NCBI GenBank assembly: GCA_951406725.2
Contig: OX597834.1
Coordinates: 28,644,001 to 28,708,000, forward strand
Direction of reading: 5' to 3'
DNA: 64,000 nt
From: Octopus vulgaris
Taxonomy: Eukaryota
This document shows positions 26,420 to 40,350 of the stretch, piece after piece; positions within the stretch are counted from its first letter, which is position 1; the number at the start of each line of letters is the position of its first letter. The notes below the pieces were generated by a model. It was not told the DNA's origin. It searched no databases and was given only the letters and a program-made list of their open reading frames with translations. A program made the position numbers and the translations under genes.

Positions 26420-26790
26420 GGCGTAAGAGTGGCTGTGTGGTAAGTAGCTTGCTTGTTTGCCAACCACATGGTTCCTGGTTCAGTCCCACTGCATGGCACC
26501 CTGGGCAAGCGTCTTCTGCTATAGCCTCGGGCCGGCCGACCAAAGCCTTGTGAGTGGATTTGGTAGAGGGAAACTAAAAGAAGCCCGTCATATATATGTA
26601 TATATATTTATGTATGTGTGTGTGTATATTTGTTGGTGTGTCTGTGTCTGTCCCCCAGCATCGCTTGACAACCGATGCTGGTGTGTTTACGTCCCCGTAA
26701 CATTAGCGGTTCGGCAAAAGAAAAACGATAGAATAAGTATTAGGCTTATAAATAATAAGTTCTGGAGTCGATTTGCTCGGAGTAAAAGAG
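26420..26790 (+). mobile_element. SINE family C
   Basis: Homology to 5080-5478. Confidence 0.85.
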
Positions 26791-26809
26791 TAAAAAAAGT
26801 AAACTGGGC

Positions 26810-27130
26810 CTCCGACGGTAACGACGACGAGGGTTCCAGTTGAACCGATCAACTGAGCAGCCTACTCGTGATATTGACATGCAAGTGGCTGAGTACTCCA
26901 AAGACACGCGTACTCTTAACGTAGATCTCAGAGAGATTCAGCCATGATACAGAAGGTGACAAGGCTGGCCCCTTGTGAATTACAGGTACTACTCATTGTT
27001 GTCAGCTGAGTGGAGTGCAGCAACGTGAAATAAAGTGTTTTGCTCATAGACACAACGCGTCGCCGGTAATTGAACTCAAGACCTTACGATTGTGAGTTAA
27101 ATACCCTAACCACTAAGCTACGCGTCTTCA
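26810..27130 (-). mobile_element. Older SINE sharing the family-A 3' tail
   Basis: CTCCGACGGTAACGACGACGAGGG tail with a diverged tRNA-like head. Confidence 0.7.
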
Positions 27131-28116
27131 CCCTTTCATAATTATTGGGTCATCCCATAAATAATGCGGTTTTTTTTTTCAATTACATGAACTAAAAGTC
27201 GTAGAAGGGACAGGATAAACTACTTACACAGAATCACCCCCCACCCCACCCCACCACCAGAAAACCACTTCAAAATATCCTTCAATGAGTGTATGATGAA
27301 ACATACTAAATGCACTTCGTTTTTGTATCTGGTTTGCAAGATTCTTTATGGGAATTCGTGTGTTGAAACTAATTTTGTTGTCTAGGAACACAACAAAATA
27401 CTAAATCTATTTATCTGAAAATATCGTCGTTGTAAAATACGGTTGCCAGAGTACATCTTATGCTGGCAAATACGATATATTTTAAGGTGTGTGGAAGTTA
27501 TGCTTAGGGCGATGTAGTGGAAGGGAGAAAATGAAGAACAGAATCGATGCGGTGATATAATCACTGCAGTGATTCTGCTCGCCTTATCAAAGCATGGGAG
27601 ACAATCTGCCTTTAAGTGTGGACACACAGAGTGGTTCCCCTTGCATTATCTGTTATTCGGTATTGGGGAAAGTAGCTACTGAGCCGAACCAAATACTTTG
27701 TGACATTTCTTCCGGCTCTTTCGGTTCTGAGTCCAAATTCTGTCATGGTCGACATTACTAATAAATCCTTTCGGAGTCGATATAAAAAAAAGCACCAGAT
27801 GATTATTGTTGTTGATGTATCGACTTTCTTTTCACATCGAAGCTTGATGATTTTCTACCAGAATTAGAAAGAATTGTTTTGTGTCGGCCCTGGTTTAAGA
27901 CTGTTAATGTAACCATCACAACAAATATGAACAATTAACGTCGCCCACCCTTGATACAGAGGCAATCAGTAAATCTCCTGCCCCGGGAGATACCTTGTAC
28001 AAGCAGCAGTCTAATAAAGTATCTCGTATTGTTAACACGTTAATCCAGTCTCTCTCACTTTCTTAATCTTTCATACTAAGTACTCACTATTTCCTTTCAT
28101 ACTCAATACACTATAC

Positions 28117-28181
<65 letters not shown>

Positions 28182-28299
28182 ATAACAACAACAAAGACAA
28201 TTGCTGTAATTTCATTAACACCGATAGACTGGGAAATCGGAAAACCCGTGTAAATGCAATTTTATTATTATTAATAATGCAATTTTATTATTATAATAA

Positions 28300-28660
28300 T
28301 AATAATCAAATTATTGTATACAGTGCTCAGGTGCACCACAACTTGTCAGAAAGTGCGTATAAAGTATATGCAGTAATGTACAAATGTCTGGAAAGCGAAC
28401 AATGTATGAGTCAGATACATGCTTGTGTGTGTATGGAGGGGAGAAGATCAGGTGTAGTGTTGGCGAATCTCAGAAAGCATGGAAGTTTTAAAGGATGCAG
28501 TGCTCCGACAACTAACAACTGATGCCGGCAGTTTGTTCCATGCTTCAGCATCTCTCAGCGTGAAAAAAATGTTTCCTAAAGTCATGGGAGCTGTGCTGTT
28601 TTCTGACTTTGTAAATATGTCCACGGGTGTTAGACGGTTGGAGTTTGAAAAGGATATATA
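28300..28660 (-). mobile_element. CR1/L2-type LINE 3' end
   Basis: FFTLRDAEAWNKLPASVVSCRSTASFK matches the WNxLP..FK C-terminal motif; (ATT)n tail. Confidence 0.75.
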
Positions 28661-29043
28661 ATTGTAGGATATATCAGGCATCCATCAACATGTAAGCATG
28701 CTGGAGTGATGCGTGAGACAGATAATTTTCTTTGTTAATTACATGACCAAAGATGGGTCTAACAGGGGGAAATTATGTCTAAACATGAGCTCAGAACATA
28801 TGAACGTCGACGTGCTTTGAGTCGGGAAAAGAATTGAGCTGACACAGACGTGTTGCAAAACAAGGCAGTAGAGGTGCATAATAGAAGTGCATGTGCATGT
28901 GCGCAGTAAAGCTTGCATGGCTGTGGCAGTAACGCTAGTGCATTGATTACAAATACAGTGTGCAGTATTGAATATGCCAGTGATTAAGGCAGTGAGGAAT
29001 ATGCCAGCCGGCATATTCATCGCTGCATGAGGTATTATATACC

Positions 29044-29680
29044 TATTTCTTTACAACCCACTAGGGGGCTAAACACAGAGAGGACAAACAAGGACAGACA
29101 AAGGGATTAAGTCGATTATATCGACCCCAGTGCGTAACTGGTACTTATTTAATCGACCCCGAAAGGATGAAAGGTAAAGTCGACCTCGGCGGAATTTGAA
29201 CTCAGAACGTAGCGGCAGACGAAATACCGCTAAGAATTTCGCCCGGCGTGCTAACGATTCTGCCAACGTGCAAGAGCAAAAGTGTGACATGCTGGCGCAT
29301 TGTAAGGGACAAACAACTATCTCTATGTAGTAGGTTATAGGAAATTTGGTCACTATTTCTAGCAGTTTGAGCGACCACATTCAAGCCTCCCTCCTCTTGT
29401 CGTCTGCTATTAGTTTTTTTATTCTTTTACTTTTGGTCAGCATGTATATATATGTATTTCTTTATTACCCACAAGGGGCTAAACACAGAGTGGACAAACA
29501 AGGACAGACAAAGGGATTAAATCGATTACATCGACCTCATTGCGTAACTGGTACTTAATTTATCGACCCCGAAAGGATGAAAGGCAAAGTCGACCTCGGC
29601 GGAATTTGAACTCAGAACGTAACGGCAGATGAAATACGGCTACGCATTTCGCCCGGCGTTGCTAACGGTTCTGCCAGCTC
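29044..29680 (-). mobile_element. Two SINE family B monomers (29044-29266, 29456-29680)
   Basis: Homology to 10012-10246. Confidence 0.88.
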
Positions 29681-29854
29681 ATATATATAATGTATGCACA
29701 AATGAAACGGGAGAATTAGAAAACTTCCGGTAAGTTGAAATCGGGCAAGTGAATATTCCGGAAGTCGATAGGGAAATGCGGAGATGGAAGTTGAATTATT
29801 TAAAAAACAAAATTGGAATAATATTTTTTTTTTTTCAGAATTGGTATCCTCCGT

Positions 29855-30267
29855 GGATCTTTTCGGTTTGACCGGCAGTTTTAAAAAATATTTTCCACGT
29901 AACTAAACACTTTTAAACTTCGTATACTGGTAGAATGTGTTTATAAAACATCTTTTTCTCTTGGCTTTATTGAGAAAATTCTATAGTTTGTAAGATATGT
30001 GTTGTTTTTTTCCTTCAATTTCTGCAATTTCAACCAATCACTGACGTCTATTGAGGTAAAAATCATTCTGTGCCGTATGAATATGTCCCTCGTTTAAGAA
30101 ACAGATTGGGTTTATTTACATTTGTGAAGAAAAAAAAGATACCGTTCCCTCCACCTCTAACCCTAAAACAGATTGAAATGCAATAGATCGATACTAGGGT
30201 TATAATTATGGGTGACAATTTCCTATGACACCGCTAGAAAAAACTGTCGTTCAAACCGAAAAGATCC
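29855..30267. mobile_element. MITE with GGATCTTTTC terminal inverted repeats
   Basis: GGATCTTTTCGGTTTGA...TCAAACCGAAAAGATCC; shares subterminal sequence with 39406-40004. Confidence 0.85.
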
Positions 30268-30879
30268 GGTACTTAATTTATCGACCCCGAAAAGATGAAA
30301 GGCAAAGTCAACCTCGGTGAAATTTGAACTCACAACGTAACGATAGACGAAATACCGCTAAGCATTTTGATCGGCGTGCTAACGAGGCTGCTATTGGGAG
30401 GATGAAGTAAATATTGGTTTCAAATTTTGCCACAAGGGCAGCAAATTTGCGTGAGAAGATGAGTCGATTACATCGACCCCAGTGTTCAATTAGTTACTTA
30501 TTTTATCGGGCCCGAAAGGATAAAAGGTAAAGTCGACCCTCGGCAGAATTTGAACTCAGAACGTAGCAATGTGTGAAATACTGCCAAGCAGTTCGTCCAG
30601 CGCGCAAACGATTCTGCCAATTCGCCGCTTTAAGGATGTCATAAATATTGCTTTTATTTTTGTTGTTGCAAAATTGTGATTTCTGTTAGTGAAAATGTAG
30701 GAATCTGAAGACATTTTTGAGAAAACCGCAAAAAATGATTGGTGGAATGACCGTGTCCTACATGTTCCTTTGATTCGGTTCTGTTAATACAAAAAGAAAA
30801 AGAAAGAAAAATGGAATGGCCATGCCTGGAATGCCTTAAACCAAAGACCTACTGCATCGGGGTTAGGGTTAGCGCGCGC

Positions 30880-31860
30880 GCGGAGGAGAGAGAGAGAAAA
30901 GTGTGGATGAAGTAGGAGATAGATGGTGGGGAGAGAGATAGAAAGGAAAGGGAAGAAGTCAAAGAAAAATGCAAGGAGAGAGAAGGAAGAGTGTGAAAGG
31001 GAGAAAGAGGAAAGAGAAAGAAAGAAATAGAATGAAAGGGAGAAATAAAAAGGAGAAAAGGGAAGGGGAAAGTGAGAGGGAGACAGAGAGAAAGAGAAAC
31101 GTGGCGAAGATAGAATAAAAAGCGAGAGGGAGTGAAGGCGAAGGAAATAGAGGAAGCGAGTACTACAAGGGAAATATAGGAAGAGGGAGGGAGGAAGCGA
31201 GAGAAAGCGACAAAATGAAAGCAAGTGAGATGGAGAAAGAGGAGAGGCAAAAAATACAAAGGTAAGATAGGAAACAAAAGAAGAGAGGAAGAAATAACAA
31301 CAAAGGAAAATTAGGGAGTGAAAAATAAAAAGGGATGAGTGACAGAGAGAGGGAGCAAAAAATAATGACAGAGAAAGCAAAGAGACGGAGAGCGAGAGAT
31401 AGAAACAAAAACAGAGAGAGAGAGAGGCAAAGACAGAGAGAGAGAGAGAGGCAAAGACAGAGAGAGAGAGAGAAGCAAAGACAGAGAGAGAGCGGCAAAG
31501 ACAGAGATAGATAGAGACAAAGACAGAGAGAGAGAGGCAAAGACAGAGAGAGAGGCAAAGACAGAGAGAGATAGAGACAAAGAGAGAGAGAGAGAGAGAG
31601 AGAGGCAAAGACAGAGAGAGAGAGAGAGAGCAGCAAAGACAGAGAGAGATAGAGACAAAGACAGAGACGGAGAGGCAAAGACAGAGTGAGAGAGAGAGGC
31701 AAAGACAAAGAAAGAGAGAGGAAAAGACAAAGAGAGAGGCAAAGACAGAGAGAGAGAGACAAAGACAGAGAGAAAGAGGCAACGACAGAGACAGAGAGAA
31801 AGAGGCAACGACAGAGACAGAGAGAGAGGCAAACATAGAGACAAAGACAGAGAGAGAGAG
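30880..31860. repeat. ~1-kb purine-rich/(GA)n tract with GGCAAAGACAGAGAG units
   Basis: Direct reading; almost T-free on + over 31380-31860. Confidence 0.9.
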
Positions 31861-31884
31861 GGGGTCTGACAGACCATGAACAGA

Positions 31885-31981
31885 TAGTGACGTGGGGGAA
31901 AGTCAAACAAAAAAAACCCAAAAACTTTGTCTCGAATGTGCACGTGACTATAAGCGAGATTTACTCGAGACCTGAAGTATC
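31885..31981 (+). promoter_or_regulatory. Probable PCNP promoter/5' UTR (GTGACGT, CACGTGAC)
   Basis: CRE-like and E-box/USF-like motifs in a CpG-containing unique segment just before ATG 31982. Confidence 0.45.
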
Positions 31982-32012
31982 ATGTCTGATAACGAAGCTG
32001 TCGATGCCGGTG
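31982..32012 (+). CDS. PCNP: PCNP exon 1 (MSDNEAVDAG-G), tentative
   Basis: ATG in ATCATGT context; phase-1 donor GTG|GTTCGT joins in frame to the acceptor at 40351; the donor is non-consensus. Confidence 0.5.
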
Positions 32013-32737
32013 GTTCGTAAACATTTTCCTTTTAACTATTTCTCTCTTAAACTATTATTACGTTTCTGTTTAGCATTAGTATATATTGTATATTAATTAT
32101 CAAACCACGGCGACGCAATAAGTGAATGGCTGTTGTCGCTATGTACACGAAGGGCAGCAGCAAAGGGTTTCATGGTCATACTTAGCTTTAAGTATGGGTG
32201 TTTAATGTTAATATTGAAGCTAGAAATAATGTGTGGGCAGAAGAAAAAGAAAGATGAGGAGTATAGTCGATCATATGAACCCTAATAATTCACTGGTATA
32301 GTATTTTATCGACCACGGAAATATAAAAGACATCGGTGACCTCAACGAGATTCGAACCCCAAACCTTAAAGGGAGATAACCAATCAGTTCTCCGTTGATA
32401 GCCTAAACCCGAAATTAGTCAAGATTATCGAAATAATTATTTCTAATATAGTCTGAAGCCCTGAAATTTACAGTTAGTGGCTAGGATAGTTGAGTAAAAG
32501 AATTACAGTATTTTATTAGCTTTTCTTCGCTTCCTCCTGTCCCCGAGGGATGAAAGTCAGAGCTGACTCGTGTGGGATTCGAACACGAACTTAAGGGACG
32601 TAACTAAAAAAAAACAAAACAAAGTAAAGCCTTTTGTTTATTGTATGAGTAGAGTCTAGCTATTTTGCAGAATCCACATTTATATCCTAAATAGTCGGGA
32701 TTAGCATAATAATAATAATAATTCTTTCTACTAGAGC

Positions 32738-32883
32738 AGTGGGTCCCAGCCTTTTCACTACCAAGGATCCTTTTTATTTAAATGAGTTTTCCCACGGACC
32801 CCAGGACATTGAAAGGTCTCTCAGTTCAACATGTTCACAGATCCCCAATACTACCTTTGCGGACCACAGACTGGAAACCACTG
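32738..32883. mobile_element. hAT-like MITE
   Basis: CAGTGG...CCACTG termini. Confidence 0.55.
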
Positions 32884-34625
32884 TACTAGAAGCACAAGCC
32901 TTGAGATTTTGTGGGGCGAGGATGGGGGAAGTCGATTTCACCGACCCCTGCACTCAACTGGTACTTATTTTGTCGACCCTGAAAGGATGAAAGGCAAAGT
33001 CAACATCGGCGGAATTTGTACGCAAAACGCAAAGACGAACGAAATACCGCTAAGCATTTTCTCTGACGTTAACGATTCTGCCAACTCACCATCTTAATAA
33101 TAGCCTCGAAAGCCATCTGGTTTTCGTGGTTTTGATAGAAACTCGTTATGTATCTAGTATAGATGACAATAAAAAAAAAAAAAAAACGACGGAAAGGTCT
33201 ACTAGAGACGAAAGATCGCCAAAACCTTATTGATTTCTGATTAAAACAGGGAAGGGTTAATCGATTATATCAATCGATGCCCCAGCACTTGACGACAGTC
33301 ACTTTATTTTATCGACCCTCGGATGGATGAATGAAATGCTAAGTTGAGGTCAGCGTGATTTGAACGCAAAGAACCGGTAAAAAAGATACCGCAAAGCATT
33401 TTTTCCCAAATCTCTAATGATTCGACCAGCTCAGTCCTCGAATTTTGTACATATGGTTTCGAACCCCTATGATGATCTTACATTCTGAAGATGCTTCAAA
33501 AATTCTTTTCACATTTAGGGATGATGGACGTCAGTACTTCACAGGGACTTCATTTCATCCGATCCCTTTACGAGTTACATGCACGTTTCCTTGGTGTAAA
33601 CCACCTCTGAATTTGTACACCTTTCTAACACGTTTTCATTTGATGACACGAAACCTCCCACAATTGTTGAGAAAAAATGATAATAATAATCGTAGAAATA
33701 TGAGTTGACATCAGTAAATGGCTGGATAGTTTAAAAAAAAAATTTTTTTTTATATCGACCCTTCGAAGGCATGAAAAATAAGAGAGGACCGATCAATCAT
33801 TCAATGAGGCTGTGGATTCAGAACGGAGAATGACGCAGCTAGTAATTATGACTGTCATGCGTATACACATATGCTCACCTTACACACATACGGACTTGCA
33901 TAACGAGACTAATTATATATTTATGTAACTTCGTTACTGTGTGTGTGTGTGTGCAGATAAATATATAATCCCCGACGTATTAAAAGAAGGAAGACAGAAG
34001 AATAGAAGGGCAATGAAACATAGACTAGATAGACAGTGTCGTGTAAAGAAGAAAAGTCTTTAGAATTCAATTGTTTTAACGGAAATTCGCAATACAAAAA
34101 GTAGGTACTTGTTTGAAGTAGCTTTTCAAACCACGAACGTACTCTACACTGCCTGTTGTGTAATTTCTTGATAACCAGCTCCCAGACGGTCTCATCCATG
34201 GACAATATTAAGCATAACAATTATTATAATTTTAAAATGGAAGCAAGCAAGCAGGCTGTACATGGAACTGTTAGTAAATTCCTGATAACTTAGACTAGTC
34301 TGCGTAGGTTTAAAGAAAAGGGAGCAGTTATTTATTAAATATATAATAATAATAATAATATTCAGACAACACTGGCCCCATTCAGCATATGCAGTAGCTG
34401 TTTTAATCAGATATATTCTCTAAAAATAGCTGTACAACTTCAGTGTTGTGATAAAGAACGTTCTAGACAGTGTTTTAATTATCTTAAAAGACATATGCAG
34501 ACAATTAGTGGGCATTGTCGGTTTGGTACCGGAAGACATCGGAAGGGACATAACTGTGTCATAGAAAAGTTTTTTTTTATAACAATTTGTAAGTTATGTG
34601 TGTGTGTGTGTGTGTATTTATATAT

Positions 34626-34852
34626 ATTTCTTTACTGCCCACAAGGGGCTAAACATAGAGGGGACAAACAAGGACAGACAAAGGGAGTAAGTCAATTACA
34701 TTGACCCCAGTGCGAAACTGGTACTTTATTTACCGACCCCGAAAGGATGAAAGGCAAAGTCGACCTCGGCGGAATTTGAACTCAGAATATAACGACAGAC
34801 AAAATACCGCTAAGCACTTCGCCCGGCGCGCTAACGTTTCTGCCAGCTCGCC
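34626..34852 (-). mobile_element. SINE family B
   Basis: Homology to other family-B copies. Confidence 0.88.
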
Positions 34853-35098
34853 AGAAAGGGATGCGTGCGTTCCGTCATATAACATATTAATAAATAAAAC
34901 ATATGCATATATATATATATACATATATGTACGTACCTACCTCGACATGTATATATACACGCATATATGAGTACAGGACACCAAAAAAACGTCGAACACA
35001 ATGAGAAACGAAAACGTAGACACAAACACTAGGAACTGGAGATTTTTTCTTAAACAACAAAAAAATAGAGTACAGGACAAATAACACAAGGAAAAAAA

Positions 35099-35132
<34 letters not shown>

Positions 35133-35136
35133 CACT

Positions 35137-35429
35137 CAAGAGTCATCTTCGTAGTCATAAAGCGAGACAGATGAGTGACAACCTGGCCACTGGTGGTGGT
35201 GTTACACACCATACTAATCATATCTGCCAGGCATGTTGAGAGTGTAATTCGACATGCAAGGGTACATGAAGCCCAATTACAACTACAGCCGGCTATTACC
35301 AGTAAAGGTTTTAGCTGCCAATTCTGTACAAGACATTGTAGATCTTTAGCTGGGCTAAAAAGTCACATTCGATCACAGCACCAATAAGTTAAGCTTCGTG
35401 CAATGGCCATACTCGATAACGAGGGGGCA

Positions 35430-35436
<7 letters not shown>
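35137..35436 (+). mobile_element. RTE-type LINE 3' end with C2H2-like motif
   Basis: FSCQFCTRHCRSLAGLKSHIRSQH*, then a short UTR and a (TA)n tail. Confidence 0.65.
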
Positions 35437-35473
<37 letters not shown>

Positions 35474-37152
35474 TACCCCACCTGTCATGGCTGTGTTTTC
35501 CCTCTGGATATCAACCATAAAAGTTCAAGCAAAACATTTACTGTGTCGATATCGTCCACCAATAAAGATCTATAAAATCTGTGAGCCCCCTCTCCCTTCT
35601 TTGGATCAGAATATCGAAAATTGGCCCCAACTCTGTCATTCTGCTCAGTTGCAGCTTCGTTAGTTGAATCGTAATTTAAAATTTACCACATCTTTATATT
35701 GACACTAGAGTGGCGAGACAAGCCAATTTGACTCTTTCTGTGTTTGAACTGGAGAGCTAGGGGATTTGACTGCCTGATTCCACCCCTCATTCTATGCCAC
35801 AAACTTTCTGTTTAAAAGTGATCAAATTTCGTGTTAATTTTTATTCCAAACACCAACTTAATAAGAAAGTTGGTTCGCTAAATTCTTCTAGTTTAACAAA
35901 AACATATTAACAAAAGGATTAATGTGTTAAGTTATCTTTATGTTAAAGAAAACCCTTGGTCACTTTAAGACTACTATGTATATTATAAGACGTGATTATA
36001 TAATTATATGCTATGTGTGTACATATGGTGTGTGTTGTTTTTTCTTTTTTGTATACTATATATATATATATGTGTGTTTTATAGATTCATATAAAATATA
36101 TTTGAGCCATATTCATCTATAACAGTGAAATGTATTTGTGATGAATTGATCCATGAAATTAAACTCTTATGTTTACACACACATGTATACACACAAACAT
36201 ACATGTGTAAATGTAATGTATATACATGAGCTATAATGTACATTTATATATGCATTTTACTTCATTTATACACAAATGCATTTGTGTGCAAGTGTGTATA
36301 TAAGTCTATCTGCCTGCTTGTGTGTGTATATATATGTATATATATGCATGCATGTGTCTATGTATACATATATATATATATTTGGTTAACTTTGTTTTTG
36401 TGAGTTTCCTCATTGATTCAAAACTGTGGCTTGATTCTGCTGCTGTTTCGTGGAGCAGGAATGTTCTCTGGTTCTGTAGTTATATAGTAATGGAAAAAAT
36501 GCTCTAAAAACACAGAACTGGGAGAACACTATGTAGCAATGAAATTAAGCTTCAACTTCAAATCATTGAATAAACTCAACTGTAGGTATTGAGTACTTTA
36601 TTTTTGTAAATCCGAAAAATGTATGCATGTATATATATGTATAGCTCTGTACATATATATATACAAGTATAGTACATTTATTCCTGAAAGATCATTACTT
36701 TATATATGTATATATATATTATATGTATGTGTGTTTGTATCTTATATATGAAATGTATTTTTCTGTTTTTATTGCATTGTAATTCTTACTATTTTTTGCT
36801 CCTGTCGATGGCCACTGTCTCAGAACTTTAATAACTGTTTTCTTCATGTAATTCCTTCTCTAAATTTGTCTTTTAATTCTCTCATCTCAACATTTACGCA
36901 TCACACACACGCAAGCACTCACACAAGCATATACAAACTCATGAAAATATTCTGCAGATGGATGCAGATGTGGGCATGTGGTCAAGAGGTCTGCATTCAA
37001 TTCCCATTGCCTGACACCTTGGACAAATGCTTTTTTCCATAACCTTGTGTGAACTCAATTTTTGCATAAACAACTTCAAAGGATCGAGGCACTTTCCAAG
37101 GCATAGGCTCATAAAGCTGGTTTCCCAGATTCTTAGGCATATATATTCCCCC

Positions 37153-37315
37153 GTCCCATCATCATCATCATCGTTTAATGTCCGTTTTCCGCGCTAGCAC
37201 GGGTTGGACGGTTCGACCGGGGTCTGGTGCAGCCCCTGGCTTCCCAGACCCCAGTCGAACCGTCCAACCCGTGCTAGCGCAGAAAACGGACGTTAAACGA
37301 TGATGATGATGGGAC
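37153..37315. repeat. Fold-back of two family-D 3' ends
   Basis: GTCCCATCATC..GGGTCTGG / CCAGACCCC..GATGATGGGAC, near-perfect inverted arms. Confidence 0.88.
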
Positions 37316-37730
37316 ACCAGTCCATCATGTGAAGTGTGGGACCCAATTAGAGAATTGTCTGTGGGACTCTCTACTCTCAAAAGCTGAAGATTGATCTTTT
37401 ATGCTTCATTTAATACACCAGCTCCAACCAAGAAGCATTGAGGGCTTGAGGCTTCACCATTAGCCACAATGATATACTAAAATTCTTCATAGCATTCAAG
37501 CACGTGCACTTGGGCCCTCTCTTGGTGTGGGGTCAAGTTTAGACAAATATGTCTAATTGCCTTAAAACTGGCCTGCTTAACTGAGTTCTCATTTCTCAGC
37601 TTCCACCCCATTCCCACCTATCTCTCACTTCCTACAAAGGTTCTTGATGTTGTCCTTCCTCTTTTCACTAAGTTGTAATTTTATAAGCTTAATAATAACA
37701 TTTAACTTCCCATGTAGCACACTTCCAAAC

Positions 37731-38409
37731 TTAACCTATTAGCATTCAGATTATTCTGTCAGATGTTATGCTTGTGTATTCACATTTGTTTTGAATTAAT
37801 CATGCATTATCTCATAGCTTTGAGATTTCGATGACGTGATTATTTATTTTTAGAGTGATATTGTAGGGTAAGTGAGAGAGACCAGATCTGGCTGGTTTGA
37901 GTTTAAAAGATATAGAATATTTTGGCCTGAGGTGGCCAGTTTAACCCTTTCGTTACCAACCCGGCTGAAACTGGCTCTGGCTCTGTAGTACAAGTGTCTT
38001 GTTTTCATAAGTTTTGAATTAAAATCTTCCACCAAACCTTAGTCACAATTTATGTTCCTAACACTAGCTGAATGATGACTAAGTATTTTACTAAATTCTT
38101 TGTTTATATTTAAAATAACTGAAAGAAACACAGAGCATCTCAAAAGAAATACAATCACGAAAGGGTTAAATGCTAAAAGGTTAACCCTTTAGTGTTTAAA
38201 CTGGCTATATCCGGCCCAAATATTCTACTCATTTTATGTTCAAACTGGCCAGAACCAGTATCTCACACCTACCCTGCAATGTAATTCTAAAAATAAACAA
38301 TTACATCTTTCAAATCTTGAAGCTACAAGATAATACCAGATTAATTTTTTTAAATGTAAATGAATAAGGATTACTTATGACATATTAATTTGAACGCTAA
38401 AGGGTTAAA
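37731..38409. mobile_element. Nested/abutting piggyBac-like MITEs (TTAA-CCCTT...AAGGG-TTAA)
   Basis: 37941-38170 is nested in 37731-38184, followed by 38181-38409. Related copies at 40707-40932, 40930-41410, 42655-42852, 43117-43616, 46617-46830, 57683-57910 and 59945-60165. Confidence 0.75.
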
Positions 38410-38852
38410 TATAATAATTATACATATTCAGCGGTGGTGCCCCAGCATGGCCGTGGCCTTCGGGCTAAAACATTTTTAAGGATTTAAGGATATAATTATT
38501 TTTGTGTATCAAAGGGCATTATGTAGGAATTGGTGGGGGCAGGTCCTTCTCATTCAGATTTTTGGCAGATTGTATCTTATCATGATACATGTATACAGCC
38601 AATTAGACTGTTTGTAGAACTTAGATGCAATGGGTCAGCGATGCTATGCTGATTTCGGTACTTGTTTACAAAGAGACGAACTGGAACTATTGAGAGTTAA
38701 GCGCAGCTTACAGGGAAACTGCTGCAAGGAGCACCACCCCATGGTTTCTCATTTACAGTTAAATGATTTGAACCATTAACTTTTAAATCAACAACATATG
38801 TGGATATCACATATGCCCCTCTTGCTACTGATATGACTGTGTCACTGGTGTG

Positions 38853-39231
38853 TGGAAGCACTCCATTGGTTACGACGATGAGGGTTCCGGTTGATCCGAC
38901 CAACAGAACAGCCAGCTCGTGAAATTAACGTGTAAGTGGCTAAGCACTCCACAGACACGTGCACCCTTAACGTAGTTCTCGGGGATATTCAGCGTGACAC
39001 AGAGAGTGACAAGGCCGGCCCTTTGAAATACAGGTACAACAGAAACAGGAAGAAAGAGTGAGAGAAAGTTGTGGTGAAAGAGTACAGCAGGGATCACCAC
39101 CATGCCCTGCCGGAGCCTCGTGGAGCTTTAGGTGTTTTCGCTCAATAAACACTCACAACGCCCAGTCTGGGTCGAAACCGCGATCCTACGACCGCAAGTC
39201 CGCTGCCCTAACCACTGGGCCATTGCACCTC
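38853..39231 (-). mobile_element. SINE family A
   Basis: Homology to other family-A copies. Confidence 0.9.
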
Positions 39232-39405
39232 CTGTGTCAGTAGTAAGATATGATTGTAAAGAAAATAAGTCGCATTCTTTCCACTTAGTCCCAAACTCGT
39301 CCATCTAACTACTGGGGGTGTGATTATATCACTTGTAGATGTGTCTTTAAAAAGAAAGCAAAAAAGGAAACTATATTAAATTCCCCACACTTAGTCCCAG
39401 ACTTA

Positions 39406-40004
39406 GGATCTTTTCCTTTTGAACAGCAGATGTCAACACAATTTCTAGTTAACTAAACACTTTTAAACTTCGTATACTGGTAGAATGTGTTTATAAAACA
39501 TCTTTTTCTCTTGGTTTTATCGAGAAAATTCTGTAGTTTGTAAGACATTTCGTCTGGAAATCCGAGCATTTCGGCAATTTTAACCAATCGATTACCTCCA
39601 TTCAACTAAAATCATTTGCTGCATCTAAAACTGAGACAACATCCTGTAACTAACCCTAACCCTAAATTTTTTTTTCTAAATTGTTAAATTAATTTAATTC
39701 CATTGCTTTAGTTTTTTTTACACGCGTAACAATTAAGAAAAAAAAATTAGGGTTAGGGGAGAGGTTTAGGGTTAGTTACAGGATGTTGTCTCAGTTTTAG
39801 ACGCAGCAAATGATTTTAGCTCAAAAGAGTGCATAGGATTGGTTAAAATTCGAAAAATTAAACTACGTTAAACAAACAAATTACAATTTTCTCAAGAAAG
39901 CCAAGAGAAGAAAAATGTTTTATTTTGGCACATTCTACCAGTATACGAAGTTTTAAAGTGTTTAGTTAACTAGAAATTGTCTGCCGTTCATAAGGAAAAG
40001 ATCC
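39406..40004. mobile_element. Fold-back DNA element with internal (CCCTAA)/(TTAGGG) motifs
   Basis: GGATCTTTTCCTT...AAGGAAAAGATCC with long inverted arms; possible TSD CAGACTTA/CAAACTTA. Confidence 0.85.
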
Positions 40005-40350
40005 CAAACTTATCCAACAAACTACACTGGTGTGACTATATCAGTAGTAGATGTGGCTCTAAATAAGACTGGTATGATACGCACACACACACACATGCAC
40101 ACATGCCCCTCGATATGTTTGCCGGTCAGTGTTTCCGTCCTGCCATTTAATAATGGTAAGCTAAGAACCTGCTCCTAATGCCTAAAGTCACCCTGCTATT
40201 TCCTATTCTCTTGCAATCTGGTGATCAGAAACATTTTCTTTCAAGTGTTGCTTACTCTTCTTTTTATTCTTTACGTTCCACAGTGGCTGTCATTCGGTGT
40301 AATCCATATGACAAGTGTTTCACATTTCCCAGTACTTTCAAATTAACCAG

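Noticed and set aside
28860-29030. TGCA-rich stretch with an MRE-like TGCGCAC and a GAATATGCC/GGCATATTC hairpin
   Set aside because: A single short motif over 30 kb from PCS and on its 3' side; the hairpin lacks a Helitron CTRR end; no further support.
30784-31943. 350-aa and other S/L/C-rich minus-strand ORFs
   Set aside because: Reverse translation of the (GA)n purine tract.
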